Shown one piece after another: positions 13,101-25,190 of a stretch of 64,000 bases of DNA. The stretch covers positions 62,001 to 126,000 of the forward strand of contig KZ538081.1 of NCBI GenBank assembly GCA_000934665.2, in the 5' to 3' direction. The notes under the pieces are model-generated. The model was not told the DNA's origin and searched no databases. It saw only the letters and a program-made list of their open reading frames with translations. Position 1 is the stretch's first letter. Every line of letters begins with the position of its first letter. This DNA comes from Catajapyx aquilonaris. Taxonomy: Eukaryota. Position numbers and translations under genes: made by a program.

Positions 13101-13867
13101 CCTCGATACACTACTTTCTAACGAAATGGAGAATCTTCTCCTCCCCCGCCGTCCCCTTTCAGTCAAAAGCATGCCGTGTTAAGTATAGTGTGTTAGCAAG
13201 CAAGGCCAAAAGGCAAAACTTTCTTCCTGAATAGTTCAAGTGCCGGCAAAACAACAAGCAAAACTTTCTCTCCTTGGCTTTTCCAGCTTTCTTTCAGATC
13301 ATCACAAAATAATTAATTATTTTTTAAAAAAAGAGGTTTTTCTCATCTCATCATCACCCACAAAGGAGAGCACACAAAATGTGTGACAAGTTTATTGCGT
13401 AATGATAAAGGGAAAAGTGTGGCACTTAATAGGTCACGTGCCAGGAACTTGTAACATTGTTGTCGCAGAATCTAGTTTGTCAGGATGTGATTATTGCCAA
13501 CAACTAAAAAAGAGAGACAAAACTTGCTACCGGTATGCTCCAGAAACACAATTATTTGGCTCGTTATAAAAAATGGCTGAACTTTCCTACACACATACAT
13601 TTTGAGGTGTTCAGACTTCTTTTGGAAACGGGATTTAACTATACCGCGAATTCAAGACGTGTTCAATGAATCTCAGGCCATGCGAAAAACTAATCAGGAA
13701 TATTCACACGGTTCCGTCTACAAGCCGGAACATTTTCAGTCCCGTCTTGAAGGCGGGACATGAATTTTAGAGTTAATTTTCCACAAAAAAAAATACTCAC
13801 CCACATTGAGAGCCAGTGCTTGATGCAAGTAGGTGAATATGAATATGACAGCAGGTGACGTCCTCAT
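10146..13867 (-). CDS. Takeout/JHBP family, paralogue 2 (~269 aa, secreted)
   Basis: Exons 13867-13801 (MRTSPAVIFIFTYLHQALALNV), 11611-11516, 11430-11283, 10766-10633, 10580-10401, 10330-10146 join in frame (810 nt). Motifs GIPEIELPPLEPL, GQVFIVPVRGSG, NLFNGDPILGETVNAFVNEN. First exon is the least certain. Confidence 0.88.
10840..11196. mobile_element. Palindromic ~350-bp non-autonomous DNA element in intron 3 of JHBP paralogue 2
   Basis: CAGGGAGCATATACTACAT... long inverted arms; same family as 34164-34503; right end degenerate. Confidence 0.8.
12117..12292. mobile_element. pogo/Tigger-like MITE (relative at ~56672-56872)
   Basis: CAGTCGAATCCGGATATAAC...GTTATATCCGGGTTCAACT ends with internal gttata repeats and ttcaagggacc; second copy cagttgaatccggataaaac...ggattcaaatg. 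Confidence 0.65.
12690..12960. repeat. AT-rich 36-bp minisatellite, ~7 copies
   Basis: Unit aaatacatataaataaatgtaaactaaataaatata; produces the spurious 12-aa-periodic ORF 12658-12885. Confidence 0.85.
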
Positions 13868-14426
13868 TGTCCGGGTGTGTTACTTGTACTGACTGAAAGT
13901 TCTCTCCAGTTGGTCTGCTGATAGCCGGACCCTCCTCGTTCGTTGGCCTTCTCGAGGGAAAGTGAACCCTTTTGCTGCTCTTTTTTTGAGAAGGATGGAT
14001 GGATAGATAGATGGAAAGGGAGGGGGGGGGAGACACAGCACACACACAATGGGAGAAGTTGTGTGTGAGAAAAAGAAAAATGGAGAAAGACAGAAAAAAA
14101 AGTGTCTCAACAATACATGTACCTGAACTGATTCGGCGACATTGTTTCTCTCCAGCAGACCCTTTATCGACGGAACGATAACTCTTTTATAAAATGGATG
14201 TCAAATTATATGTCGTAATGATGAGATACATTTGTCGAGGGAAAGTATACGCGTATTGTTGAGGAATCTTTGAATGAATATTATTTCTCTCGGATTAGAT
14301 TACACCGCATGTTATTTGACGCAACAATGCCTAATGGGATTGCCTAATTGATTTATCATCCACGAACAATATGTTTCAAGCACGATATTAATGATACAAA
14401 TTGAAGATTGGAACTGAAATTAATTA

Positions 14427-14479
<53 letters not shown>

Positions 14480-16207
14480 CGACATTTTTTCTATAAGGTG
14501 TAGTCAGCGTTGACGTAAATAAACACGTAAATAATTACGCAAATAAAAATTGAAATTACTAGAAAAATTAAATATTGATACAATTTTAAAGAATAATATT
14601 ATACCTAATAAGGTTAAATATTTTTGATGGATTTATTGCCGATCGCATACTTCAGCCTAATTAGTTCATTCATATTTCCATATTTTCGTATAAACTGAGA
14701 CGATTTATTCATTTATTCATTTATTTTTTATGCATACAGTATTTCATATTTATTTTATGTAGCTTGATGTAATTAGTTATTGGTAATTATTTTCATTCAT
14801 TAATCAGTATATTTATTTTACTCGATTTTGATTTGTTTACTTATTTTTAATTTGTTATATCAGATATTTAATTGGATTTATTTAATTCATTTTTATTGAA
14901 TGACGTAATGTTATTTAATTCATGTAATTAGTTTTTACTGAATATTATAATTAGTTTGTACTGCATATTATAATTAGTTTGTACTGCATATTATAATTTA
15001 TTTTCAGTAGATTTATTAAATTCATTATTTTTATTGCTTAGTTTTGTTTGTTTGTTTGTTTGTTTGTTTGTTTGTTTCAAGCATACGAACAATGCTGTAA
15101 AATTCGTTACAGCTCGTATAAAAATACCAGGGCAATCTTGCCAAGGTAGCTTCGTTCCTTCGTATCCGTCGTTGTTTTTTATCTAATCTCACTTGCTCGT
15201 GTAAATATTGACAAAAGTGGCTTAGAAGAGTGCGGTATAGATTTCATTCAATTGTAACGGTCTATGGTAGTAGGAGGCCATGCAGTGGAAAGAGAGAGAA
15301 GAAAATAGTCATAACGGGCGAGTCTCGCAATGTCATGTTGATTGCATCGAGAGACATTTTCTTCCTTTGCAAAATAAAGTGACACACAATAAAAACGTGG
15401 GAACCACCAGCATTATATTGTGCGCCAGTGACTTTGGCCGATTATGGCAATAACAGATTGAGATAGAGAGAGAGAGAGAGAAAAAAGAGGACGCACAGTA
15501 CAATAATATAGACGGAGATTTCACAAGTTCACGACCGCATGTGTGCCGTGCGATTGTGTACACACAGAAGCCATTAAGGCACATTATTGCAAGAAGTTGG
15601 TGAAACGCATTTAAAAAAACTCGGCCAACTTTTACTGCAAGGGCAAGTGTTTCCATCAAATGCACGGTTGAACGACGCTTCCGCCAGATTTTATTGCCTT
15701 TTTATATCATTTCACACAGTTCCTAATTATTGCGCAGGCCTAACTTTGAAAATCTTGGCAAATGCATATCTGCTAATACAAATGTAAATTATTAATTATT
15801 AACTATTAACCGAATAAGTTAATAAATGCATATAATAAATAAATAAAAATCGAGACATCTCGAGTGCAACCAGATTCAAACCAAGCGCCATCTAGTGACG
15901 CACATGTGACGTCACGCCCCCCTCAAATTAACTAAAATCTGCTAATCACTAATTTACTTTAATTTAATTTAATTTAAGAGACGACTAATTATGGCATGCC
16001 GATTAAAGTGTTGGAATTGGTTAAATTCGGAGGGTGAGTCATTGACCCGAAGTTGGGATCGAACTGCGCATGCTCCGTTGTGAATTGTTGATGTTGAAAA
16101 AGTGGGTCCCGTGATCTCCGTCGTTCCATTCTAGTGATCCTTCTCGTTCGAAGGAGATTCTTTCCAGGTCACTTGTTTACTTCACCTTTTAGTGAGCAGC
16201 CGCCGCC

Positions 16208-19200
16208 ATGGGGGCCGTGCTGGGACTGCTGGGAGGACTGCCCGCCGTGAGTACATGTCACTTGTCACTACCACAAATAGTGATCAAGGAACAATGTCAC
16301 GACAATTGGTGACACACTCACACAGTATGACACTATTGAGCATGATACAACAATGTAAGTCGTTAGTAACACCGTGTCACCAATAGGTACACACTGGTGA
16401 TAATGAGTCACTAAGTACACAGCGACAATTAGTGCAATGTAATTAGAAGTGTCACCAATTACCTTAGTCGCACCGTACGCAGTGTACGTAACGGTGTCGC
16501 TTCCAGTTGGCGTGCTGCTGCGGGAGTGCGGCGTGCAGCCTGTGCTGCTCGGCATGCCCGTCCTGCAAGAACTCGACGTCCACCCGACTCATGTACGCCA
16601 TCATGCTGTTCCTGGTCACCATCGTCTGTTGCATTATGCTCAGTCCTGGATTGCAGGAGAAATTGCAAGCGGTACGTGCACTTAATGTTGCGTATTTCTC
16701 GTGTAACGAGTCGCTTGAGCGAACAGTGTGCAAAAATCCGCATTTGCTTCATTGAACAATTGTTTGCACAATTTTCTGGTCGCTGATCGCAACGCTGATT
16801 GCAGTACATTTTGTAATGGTGCGATTACTTGGTGTTGTTGCAGGCTCCCTTCTGTAAGGACAGCACGTCTGAGATCCCGATATCGGGTACGGTCGACTGC
16901 AAAGAGCTTGTCGGGTACGAGGCGGTGTATCGCCTGTGCTTCGCCCTGACATGCTTCTTCACGCTGATGGCCCTGATTATGATCGGAGTCAAAACATCGA
17001 ACGATCCGAGAGGCGGCGTCCAAAACGGGTAATAAGCTCAATCGACATACATTGTACTTCTGACTATAACACTAATGTGTGAATCTCTCTCTCTCTCTCC
17101 GCCGGGCAGCTTCTGGGCCATAAAGTACCTCCTGGTGATCGGAGCTGCCATCGGAGCCTTCTTCATCCCGCAAGGGTCCTTCGGGGAGACCTGGATGTAC
17201 TTCGGGATGATCGGCGGATTCCTCTTCATCCTCATCCAGCTCATTCTGATCATCGACTTCGCCCACAGCTGGGCCGAGAGCTGGGTCTCCAAATACGAGG
17301 AAACAGAGTCCAAGTCATGGTCAGGGCTTTGAATGATTAATATAATAAATTATTATTGACACATCATATCTTGCATTATATAGGGGAAAGTTTGTTTGTT
17401 AGTTAGTTGCAATGGCTTCAGGAAAAGTTTGTTCGTCCAACGTCCATTATATACGGAAAAGTTTGTTTCTTTGTCCATGGCAACGGTTCAACAAGTTTGT
17501 TTCCTTGTCCATGGCAACGGTTCAACAAGTTTGTTTCCTTGTTTGTCCATGGCAACGGTTCAACATGGCAATGGCTGAAGGGAAAGTTTGCTTCTTTGTC
17601 CATGGTAATGACAGCTTAGCATGGCAACAAGTTGCAACGGCTTGACATGGCAGCAGCTTACCGTAGTAACTGTTGCAATGGGGAAAGTTTGTTTGTCCAT
17701 GGCAATGGCTTGACACAGCAACATCTTACCATGGCAACAGGTTGCAATAGGAAGCCGTTGCAACAACTTATTAGAAGGGAAAGTTTTGTTTGTCCATGGC
17801 AATGGCTTGGCACGGCAACAGCTTATCATGACAATGGGTTGCAATGAGAACGTTTGTTTGCTCAATGGCAATGGCTTAACATGGCAACCGGTTATCATGC
17901 GACGGGTTGCAATTGGAAAGTTCGTTTGCCCATGGCAACAAGGTTATCATGTCAGCAGGTTGCAATGAGAAAGTATGTTTGCTCATGGCAATTGCTTAAC
18001 ATGGCAACCAGTCATCATGCGATGGGTTGCAATTGGAAAGTTTGTTTACCCATGGCAACAGCTTACCATGGCAGCAGGTTGCAATGAGAAAGTTTGTTCA
18101 TGGCAACAGGTTATGTCAATGGGTTGCAATGGGAATGTTTGTCCGTAGCAGTGGCTTACCATGGCAACGGGTTGCAGTGGTAAAGTTTGTCCATGGCAAC
18201 GGCTTAACATACCAATGGGCTGCTGTAGAAAAAGTCTTTTTCAGGCCTCTCTCTGCAAAATTATTTTATAATTATTCCAGGTACTGCGCTCTACTCTCCG
18301 TAACTGGACTGCAGTACGCCCTGGCCGTCACGGGTGTTGTCCTCTTCTATGTCTACTACACACAGGTACGTATTGGGTCATGTTACGAGCGGCTGACTGT
18401 TACTGATTGTGGTTACGATTTTCCAGCCGTCGGACTGCTCCCTGAACAAGTTCTTCATCTCGTTCAACCTGATCCTGTGCGCCATCATCAGCGTGATCTC
18501 CATCCTGCCGAGGGTGCAGGAGTGCCAGCCTCGGTCGGGTCTGCTCCAGTCCTCGGTGGTCACTCTGTACACCATGTACCTCACATGGTCCGCAATGTCC
18601 AACCAGCCATGTGAGTAATTGTCTTTTTGGGTATTATTATGGGGGGCGCCGGCGCTTGTAGGCGACCAACTACCCCCGGTGCGGAAATATTATGTGCTGG
18701 GTATGTCTTGATAGCCATACCCCACGGTTCACCCGAGGGTGATCCGTGTGCTATGTTGTAAGCAAGCACCCTTTTGTAAATGTACAGAGTTTCAGCCGGT
18801 GCTTGTCATACCAGCATGGGACGTACTCCATACGCACAGCACTCGTTGTAATGACAACTAGCAATTTTAATTCCGCAGTTTGGCCGCAATTGTGTGTTCC
18901 GCCCGGTACATCAGCCCAATCGGGCTAATTCGCACAATTTTAATTGTAAATCCGGCTGTATCCGCACCGGTTAAAATTCATATCGGGTTATATACCCGGG
19001 GTAATAACTGTAGCGCCATCTGTTGGCATAATTAGCGACTTAAATTGCAGATCCCGAGTGCAAGCCAAGCTTCAAAGCCATATTCAGCGGCACAACTGCG
19101 GCTCCACCGACTGAAGGCTACATGGGATTCGACGCCCAAAGCGTGGTCGGACTTGTCATCTGGTTCGCATGCGTACTGTATTCGTCCATCCGAACCGCAT

Positions 19201-19970
19201 CGAACTCGCAAGCCGCACGCCTCACAATGTCGGACAAGATCCTAGTCAAGGACGATGAAGGTGAGCCGCATCCGTCCCGTTCTAACCATCACTGTGAGTT
19301 CATATGATCCCAGACGGTGAAAATACTTTTCTCTCTCAGGCAGAGACAGGGGAAATCTTCCGCTGGTTTCCAACGAAGGTATGGGACGTTTATATCCGCA
19401 ATAGAGCTTTTACAGTGTTTTCCGTTAACTGCATGGTTGCTTGGCGGTTTGTGTTGATGTCGTTAGTTTAGAAGGCACCAATTTTTTATCGGGATCACAT
19501 GAGCTCGTACGAGGTTCGCACATGTTATCCATCGTTGTTGCTTTCACTAATTAGCAGCTTGTGCATGTCTCTGTGCTTTTCACCGATGCAATACGATGCT
19601 AATTTTTATAGCAGGTTCGTCATCATCTGGCGGCGGTGATGCGGAAGCTGGCCACAAAGTGTGGGACAATGAGGAAGACGGCGTATCGTACTCATGGTCA
19701 TTCTTTCACGTCATGTTTGCACTTGCAACGCTGTACGTCATGATGACCCTGACCAACTGGTACTCGTAAGTACAATTTTTATCATCGACGTTCACCCATG
19801 CGAGCGTACTTAACGAGTCGAATTGCAGGCCCAACTCTTCCAACATCGAGACCGTGATGTCCAACACCGCTTCCGTCTGGGTGAAGATCATCTCGTCGTG
19901 GCTGTGCCTCCTTCTCTACCTGTGGACCCTGATCGCTCCGTTGCTTCTGCCTGACCGAGAGTTCAACTAA
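16208..19970 (+). CDS. SERINC: Serine incorporator (Serinc/TMS1/TDE) membrane protein (~456-469 aa)
   Basis: Exons 16208-16246, 16507-16671, 16844-17028, 17110-17319, 18281-18365, 18427-18610, 19051-19260, (optional 19340-19378), 19615-19765, 19829-19970. MGAVLG...[50 protein letters not shown] and C-terminal [15 protein letters not shown] are Serinc motifs. Confidence 0.96.
17375..18225 (-). mobile_element. Helitron-like non-autonomous element with internal degenerate ccatggcaac repeat array, in Serinc intron 4
   Basis: Left end reverse-complements to acaaacaaactttcccctatataat, matching the end of the short element at 56091-56185; internal repeats of gaaagtttgt...ccatggcaac...ggttgcaatg. 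Confidence 0.6.
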
Positions 19971-21223
19971 AACCCGAGCAAGTCACACCCTGGACCATTT
20001 GCCGCAAAAGCTTTTTCAATCCACGTTCGACCCTCACGAGGTAAACCGCACCTCAGCAGAGCCGATCCCGCATATTGACAATGTAACATGTAAGCGTATA
20101 AATTAGGAGCTTTCAGTTACGCTGACGTGGCTTCACACATATTGGCAATTGCCATTTTTTTTTTTTTGCCTCTGTAATTAGTGTTCAGTAAGTAGTGTCC
20201 GCAAACTACGTACAGGCTTAGTACGTAGCGTAAACATTTCTGGTGCTGTCACTTTGTATCAGACACATACTTAACATGGTGGACATGTTCTGCAGTAATG
20301 ATATTACATTGTATTAATCCAGTCATTGTCATATTTAGTTTCTGTAAAGCGATACCGCCCTGTCCGAACCTTTCGGCTTGGTCCGGTTGGTATCGATTAA
20401 TTGTAGCGAACACATTGTGCGTATATGCTGTGATAATTTTCTCTGTGTAGGTTATTAAGCGATGGTTAATTGCCAAAACGGTAGTGTCGTAGCAATTAAA
20501 TGGTAAATAATTTATGCTGCTTACAGAGCGAGATTCTTTTACGTTTTGCAACAAGTAGAAAACCTTCTCTGCATTCGCACCATTAAACTAGGCGTTGTTT
20601 GCTAAGCGACAAAATGCTAATTACATCGCTGCTTGTAATGTCGTGTGTTGATTAAGCTAATGAAAATATATATATATTGTGTAATGCAAATCGAGACAAT
20701 GCAAATTTTTATTTTCCATTGGTAAGTAATCTTTCACTTTATTACACCTTGTAAGTGAAATCACATGCATTACTAACCAATCTAAGTACGCTGTACAATA
20801 AATAATAATTAAAAAAGTCGCACAAATTCCTTTTCTCGTTTTGATTCGACTTGATCCCCACAACCAACAATATTTCCCCAAACTTCATCCCGAGTTGATT
20901 ACAATCGAAGTCGTTTCGAGTTATAAAAGGTTCATTGTTAACTAATAAGTCAAATAGTTCATATTAAAGTCCTTTATGATCATGATTATACATGTAAAGA
21001 AATGATATAATAACACTGCATATTCGGTTCATGATTCGGTACATATCAGCTGAACAGAGCTTGGTCACTTGTATCATGAATCTTAAAATCCAAATGTTAT
21101 AAAATGGAGAACATGAATCCCAAAAATTACACAAATAGTTCCAACGCAGCGCCTCGCAACAATATACCTGTTGCGAGGGGCTGAATTACGTCAATTATAT
21201 GATTTGGCTGTGTCCCGCGAGAG

Positions 21224-22262
21224 CTAGGCGTTGACCTTAATGGTGTAGGTCCCATTGGCCACGACCCAGGGGTGCACCTTGACCTGGCTTAGCGGCAAAC
21301 GTTTGGCAGGGTTGAGCTGGAGGAGCTTCCCAATGAGGTCCCTGGCGCCTTCGGACACGTACGGCGGGAAGGTGTACTTGAGGGTGCAGATCCTGTTGTA
21401 CGTCTCCTTGTCACTGGGCGCCTCGAACGGGGCCTTCCCAGTCAGAAACTCGTAGCAGAGGACGCCCAGGCACCATAAGTCCACCTTGTCGCTGTACTCC
21501 TTCCGCGCCAGGATCTCCGGCGGCATGTAGTCCTTGGTGCCACACATGGTCGCCCTGCGGTTGGACGGAGCGTGTACGGACCACCCGAAGTCCCCTATCT
21601 TCAGCTCCCCATGCAGGCCGATGAGCAGGTTCTCCGGCTTAATGTCGCGGTGAATCACATTCTTCTGGTGGCAATGCTCCAGGGCGTCCGCCATCTGCTT
21701 CATATACGTGGCGCTCCTGGAAAAGAATCAAGTTAGCGCCGCTCGAACTGGACTCCCTTTTATACATCCACACAGCTGACCTTCTCTCGCTGAACCTCCC
21801 GTTGACCTGCAGGGCCTTGTACATCTCCCCTCTGGCTGCGTACTCCAGCACCAGGTATACCCTGGTCTTGTCGTGGAAGAAGGTGTGCATCTTGAGCACG
21901 TTTGGGTGGTCCAGATGCGTCTGGATCTCAATCTCCCTCAGGAGCTGGTGTTCCAGGCGGGCCTTCTGCAGCTGGGACTTGAAGAGCATCTTGAGGGCCA
22001 CGACGTAGCGGGACTTCTTCTCTCTGGCGAGGTACACGCGACCGAACTTGCCTCGACCCAGCGGACGGCCGATGTCGAAGTCCGAGAGGCTCCAGTCCCT
22101 CCAGGTCTTTTTCTGCTCGGGCTTCTTCGTCATTCCTCCTGAGGAGGAGGAGGGCTCCATTCCTTTGGACAAGGCGTTGGCGTCCACTGGGTTGAGAGGA
22201 GGCCTTCCTTCCACTATGACTCCCACGCCATTCCTGCCGACCACGTTCTCCTTGTCAGACAT
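21224..22262 (-). CDS. aurB: Aurora family Ser/Thr kinase, probably Aurora B-like (~324 aa)
   Basis: Exons 22262-21781 and 21716-21224 with a 64-nt GT-AG intron. [45 protein letters not shown]-terminal KEN, C-terminal RLPL..HPW. Short N-terminus and Thr in KMHTFFHD (not the Gly/Ala of Aurora A) favour B-type; the subfamily is an inference. Confidence 0.9.
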
Positions 22263-22333
22263 TTTTCGAAGGGGAACAAAGACGATGACAAAAATCTGGA
22301 ACGATGTCAACGATCTGGAAAATGTCCGTTGGA

Positions 22334-23190
22334 TTCAAACTGAAATCCAGGCCGGCCTTTTGATTGGTTCATTATAATTCCCGTTTACATGTGACAAGCT
22401 GCTCCGATCACAGCCAATCGGAGCTCGACATCTTGTAAGACGCATGCGCACTATGATGGGATACTGGATGGTATAACCTAGTTTTGATTGGTCCAAATTG
22501 GCTTCGTTTACATGTGACAAGCAACCTGATTAAAACCAATCGGAGCTCGAAATCTTGACTGACGCATGCGCACTATGATGATACACTGGATGGTATAACT
22601 AGTTTGGACCAATCATGACTAGCTTATACCATCCAGTGTATCATTATAGTGCGCATGCGTCTGTCAAGATAACGTGCTCCGATTGGCTGTAATCAGGTCA
22701 GCTTGTCACATGTAAATGGCACCAGGTGTCATTTACATGTGACAAACTGACTTGATTACAGCCAATCGGAGATCGAAATCTTGACAGACGCATGCGCACT
22801 ATAATGATACACTGGATGGTATAACATAGTCGTGATTGGTCCAAATTGGTGCCGTTTACATGAAACAAGATTCTTAATGACAGCCAATCGTAACTCAACC
22901 TTGTTTATACGCATGCGCACTATTGAGGTATACTGGAAGGTGTAAACTTGGTTTACATGTGAGCAGCCACCGTGAGTGATCCAATCGGTGCTCGAAATCG
23001 TGAAAGACGCATGCGCACTATGGTTAGAGATTGGTTGGTATAACCTCTGACACTGGTGCCGTTTACATGACACAAGATACGTGATCACAGCCAATCGGAG
23101 CTCGACATCTTGCAAGACGCATGCGTACGATGACGGGATTCTGGATGGTGTAAACGCATTCTGATTGGTCCAATCTGGTACTGTATGCAC
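22334..23190 (-). promoter_or_regulatory. Aurora upstream region: CHR-like TTTGAA plus ~122-bp tandem array of CCAAT and CGCATGCG motifs
   Basis: TTTGAA (minus) at 22339-22334; seven CGCATGCG cores at ~22441, 22563, 22652, 22789, 22910, 23008, 23118; about a dozen CCAAT/ATTGG. Confidence 0.65.
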
Positions 23191-24614
23191 GTGCGGAAAG
23201 TTCAAATTGTTCAAAAACCCTCCTGGTTAGTGTATAATCGAATTCAATTAAAAAATATACTTGTCCTTTGTGCGCCAGAGGTCAACAAATGTTATAGTGG
23301 CTTGGCCATCAATCGCTGGAATACGTGCTTGGCAAAGCCACAATAACATTTGTTGGCAATATTTTTTTCAGAACGCAGCAACTATATCGTACATTGAATG
23401 TTGTGTGTTCTCGACAATGTATATTGTGGTTACAGTGACATTTTAAGACTCATTTGAAGTAATCTTTTCAGATCAGACACAGGAGGCCTGCCTTTTTCCC
23501 TTCCCGTTACCTGCCTTGTATATACTAGTCTACCCCTTCAACCTACCCGAGCACAAACTTGTTGAGGGTCTACGATGGACTGTAGTGGACTGATTAAGTC
23601 CAAAGACAATTTTTCCATCTGCAGTAACGTACAGCCAAACTGGTCCAAGGGCAGCCCCGTGGTCACACCCTCCCTCAAGCTTGACTCTTCGTAGCTCAGG
23701 ACAATGACACGAATCTAACTCACAACTTTTTAAATTCCGAAACTTCAATACAGAAATTAAAATTCTTTTTGTCTAATTATTTCTTATATTTTGCCTGAGT
23801 CAATGCTACTCGTTTGGTGCGAAAGTTTTTTTTTTTGGTCTGCACAGTAAATTTCAAAAGCATTAAAAGAGCATCACTACATCAATATCCATGGCGCAAT
23901 GCTCACATGCTTTGCGATGGTCAGTGTAGTTACTTTTACGATGTCACATTGAACGTCAAGCATTTTTGTGCACATATATACTTTTTGTCCATTTTTTTTT
24001 TTTAATTTCCCTGTCAATGTCAATCACTTGCTACAGGAATTATATTTTGTGTAGTAATTTTTATACGCAGATTTAGTGTCTAATTATTTTTTTATTTCTT
24101 ATTAATCGATAGGTACGGATTTTTTTTTTTTGCCTAGTTATTTTCATGATCTCATCACATTCAATGTCAAACAATTTGGTCCACATATTCTTTTTGTCTA
24201 ATTATTTTTGTTATCATAAAGAATGTTTACTCAGTTACAAAAAAGAGAAACAGAGAAGAAAAATAGTAATTTTCATGCTCTCACATTGAATGTCACACAG
24301 TATCGCACACATATTCTTTTTGTTTAATTATTTTTTATTCTGTCTCAGTAAATATGCTACTCATTTGGGGCAGAAATTATTTTTTGTCTGCACTGTAAAT
24401 CGCAAAGCATTAAAGGAAAATCACTACTGCGCTCTGCTATGGAGCATTGTGTAAGAATTGCATGGAACATTATTACTGTCAACATGGAGCATTACCGGTA
24501 AGTGAGCATTAATTTTCAAATGCTTAATGCTCACTCAATGCTCACTTAATGCTTTGCGGTTTACAGTGTATTTTTATGCTCTCACATGGAATGTCAAACA
24601 TTTTTGTACACATA

Positions 24615-25190
24615 CGAGGGGCATTCAGAAAGTTTTTACACTTTATTTTTTGCCACAAATACAGGGCGGCCCATGCAGGTCGGCAGATAGGCACACATTA
24701 TAGATAGAACCGTACTGGAGCCGAATGCACTGGCACCACGTGTGTGGCAACCTCTCCAGGCCCTCCTGGAATCACTTTTTGGAGGTGCGGCTCACCCCCT
24801 CCTGGACAACTGCTCACAGTCAATAATGTCCTGAAGATGTCGTCAGCGAAGGTTTTTCATGGATCAGGCTTTGTCCACACCCGCATAAATATCCCTGCCC
24901 TTGACCCCTGTGACTTTCAACTGTTCGGATCCATGAACAAAAAAAACCATCACCGAAGCCATTTTCAGGACATTGTTGACTGTGAGCAGTTGTCCGGGTG
25001 TGGGTGAGCCGCACCTCCAAAAAGTGGTTCCTGGAGGGCCCGCCAGTAGAGGTTGACACACCCAAGGAGCCAGTGCATTCGGCTTCGTTCAGGAGGATTC
25101 TATTGTTATTGTGTGCTTATCTGCCAACCTGCATGGGACTGTATTTGTGGCAAAAAAAAATAAAGTGTAAACCCTTTACGAACATCCTCG
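24615..25190 (+). mobile_element. Mariner-derived non-autonomous element with transposase C-terminal remnant
   Basis: TA|CGAGGGGCATTCAGAAAG...GAACATCCTCG|TA; internal frame encodes IPALDPCDFQLFGSMNKK, similar to the mariner YSPDLAPxDFxLF motif; ~225-bp inverted arms. Confidence 0.85.
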
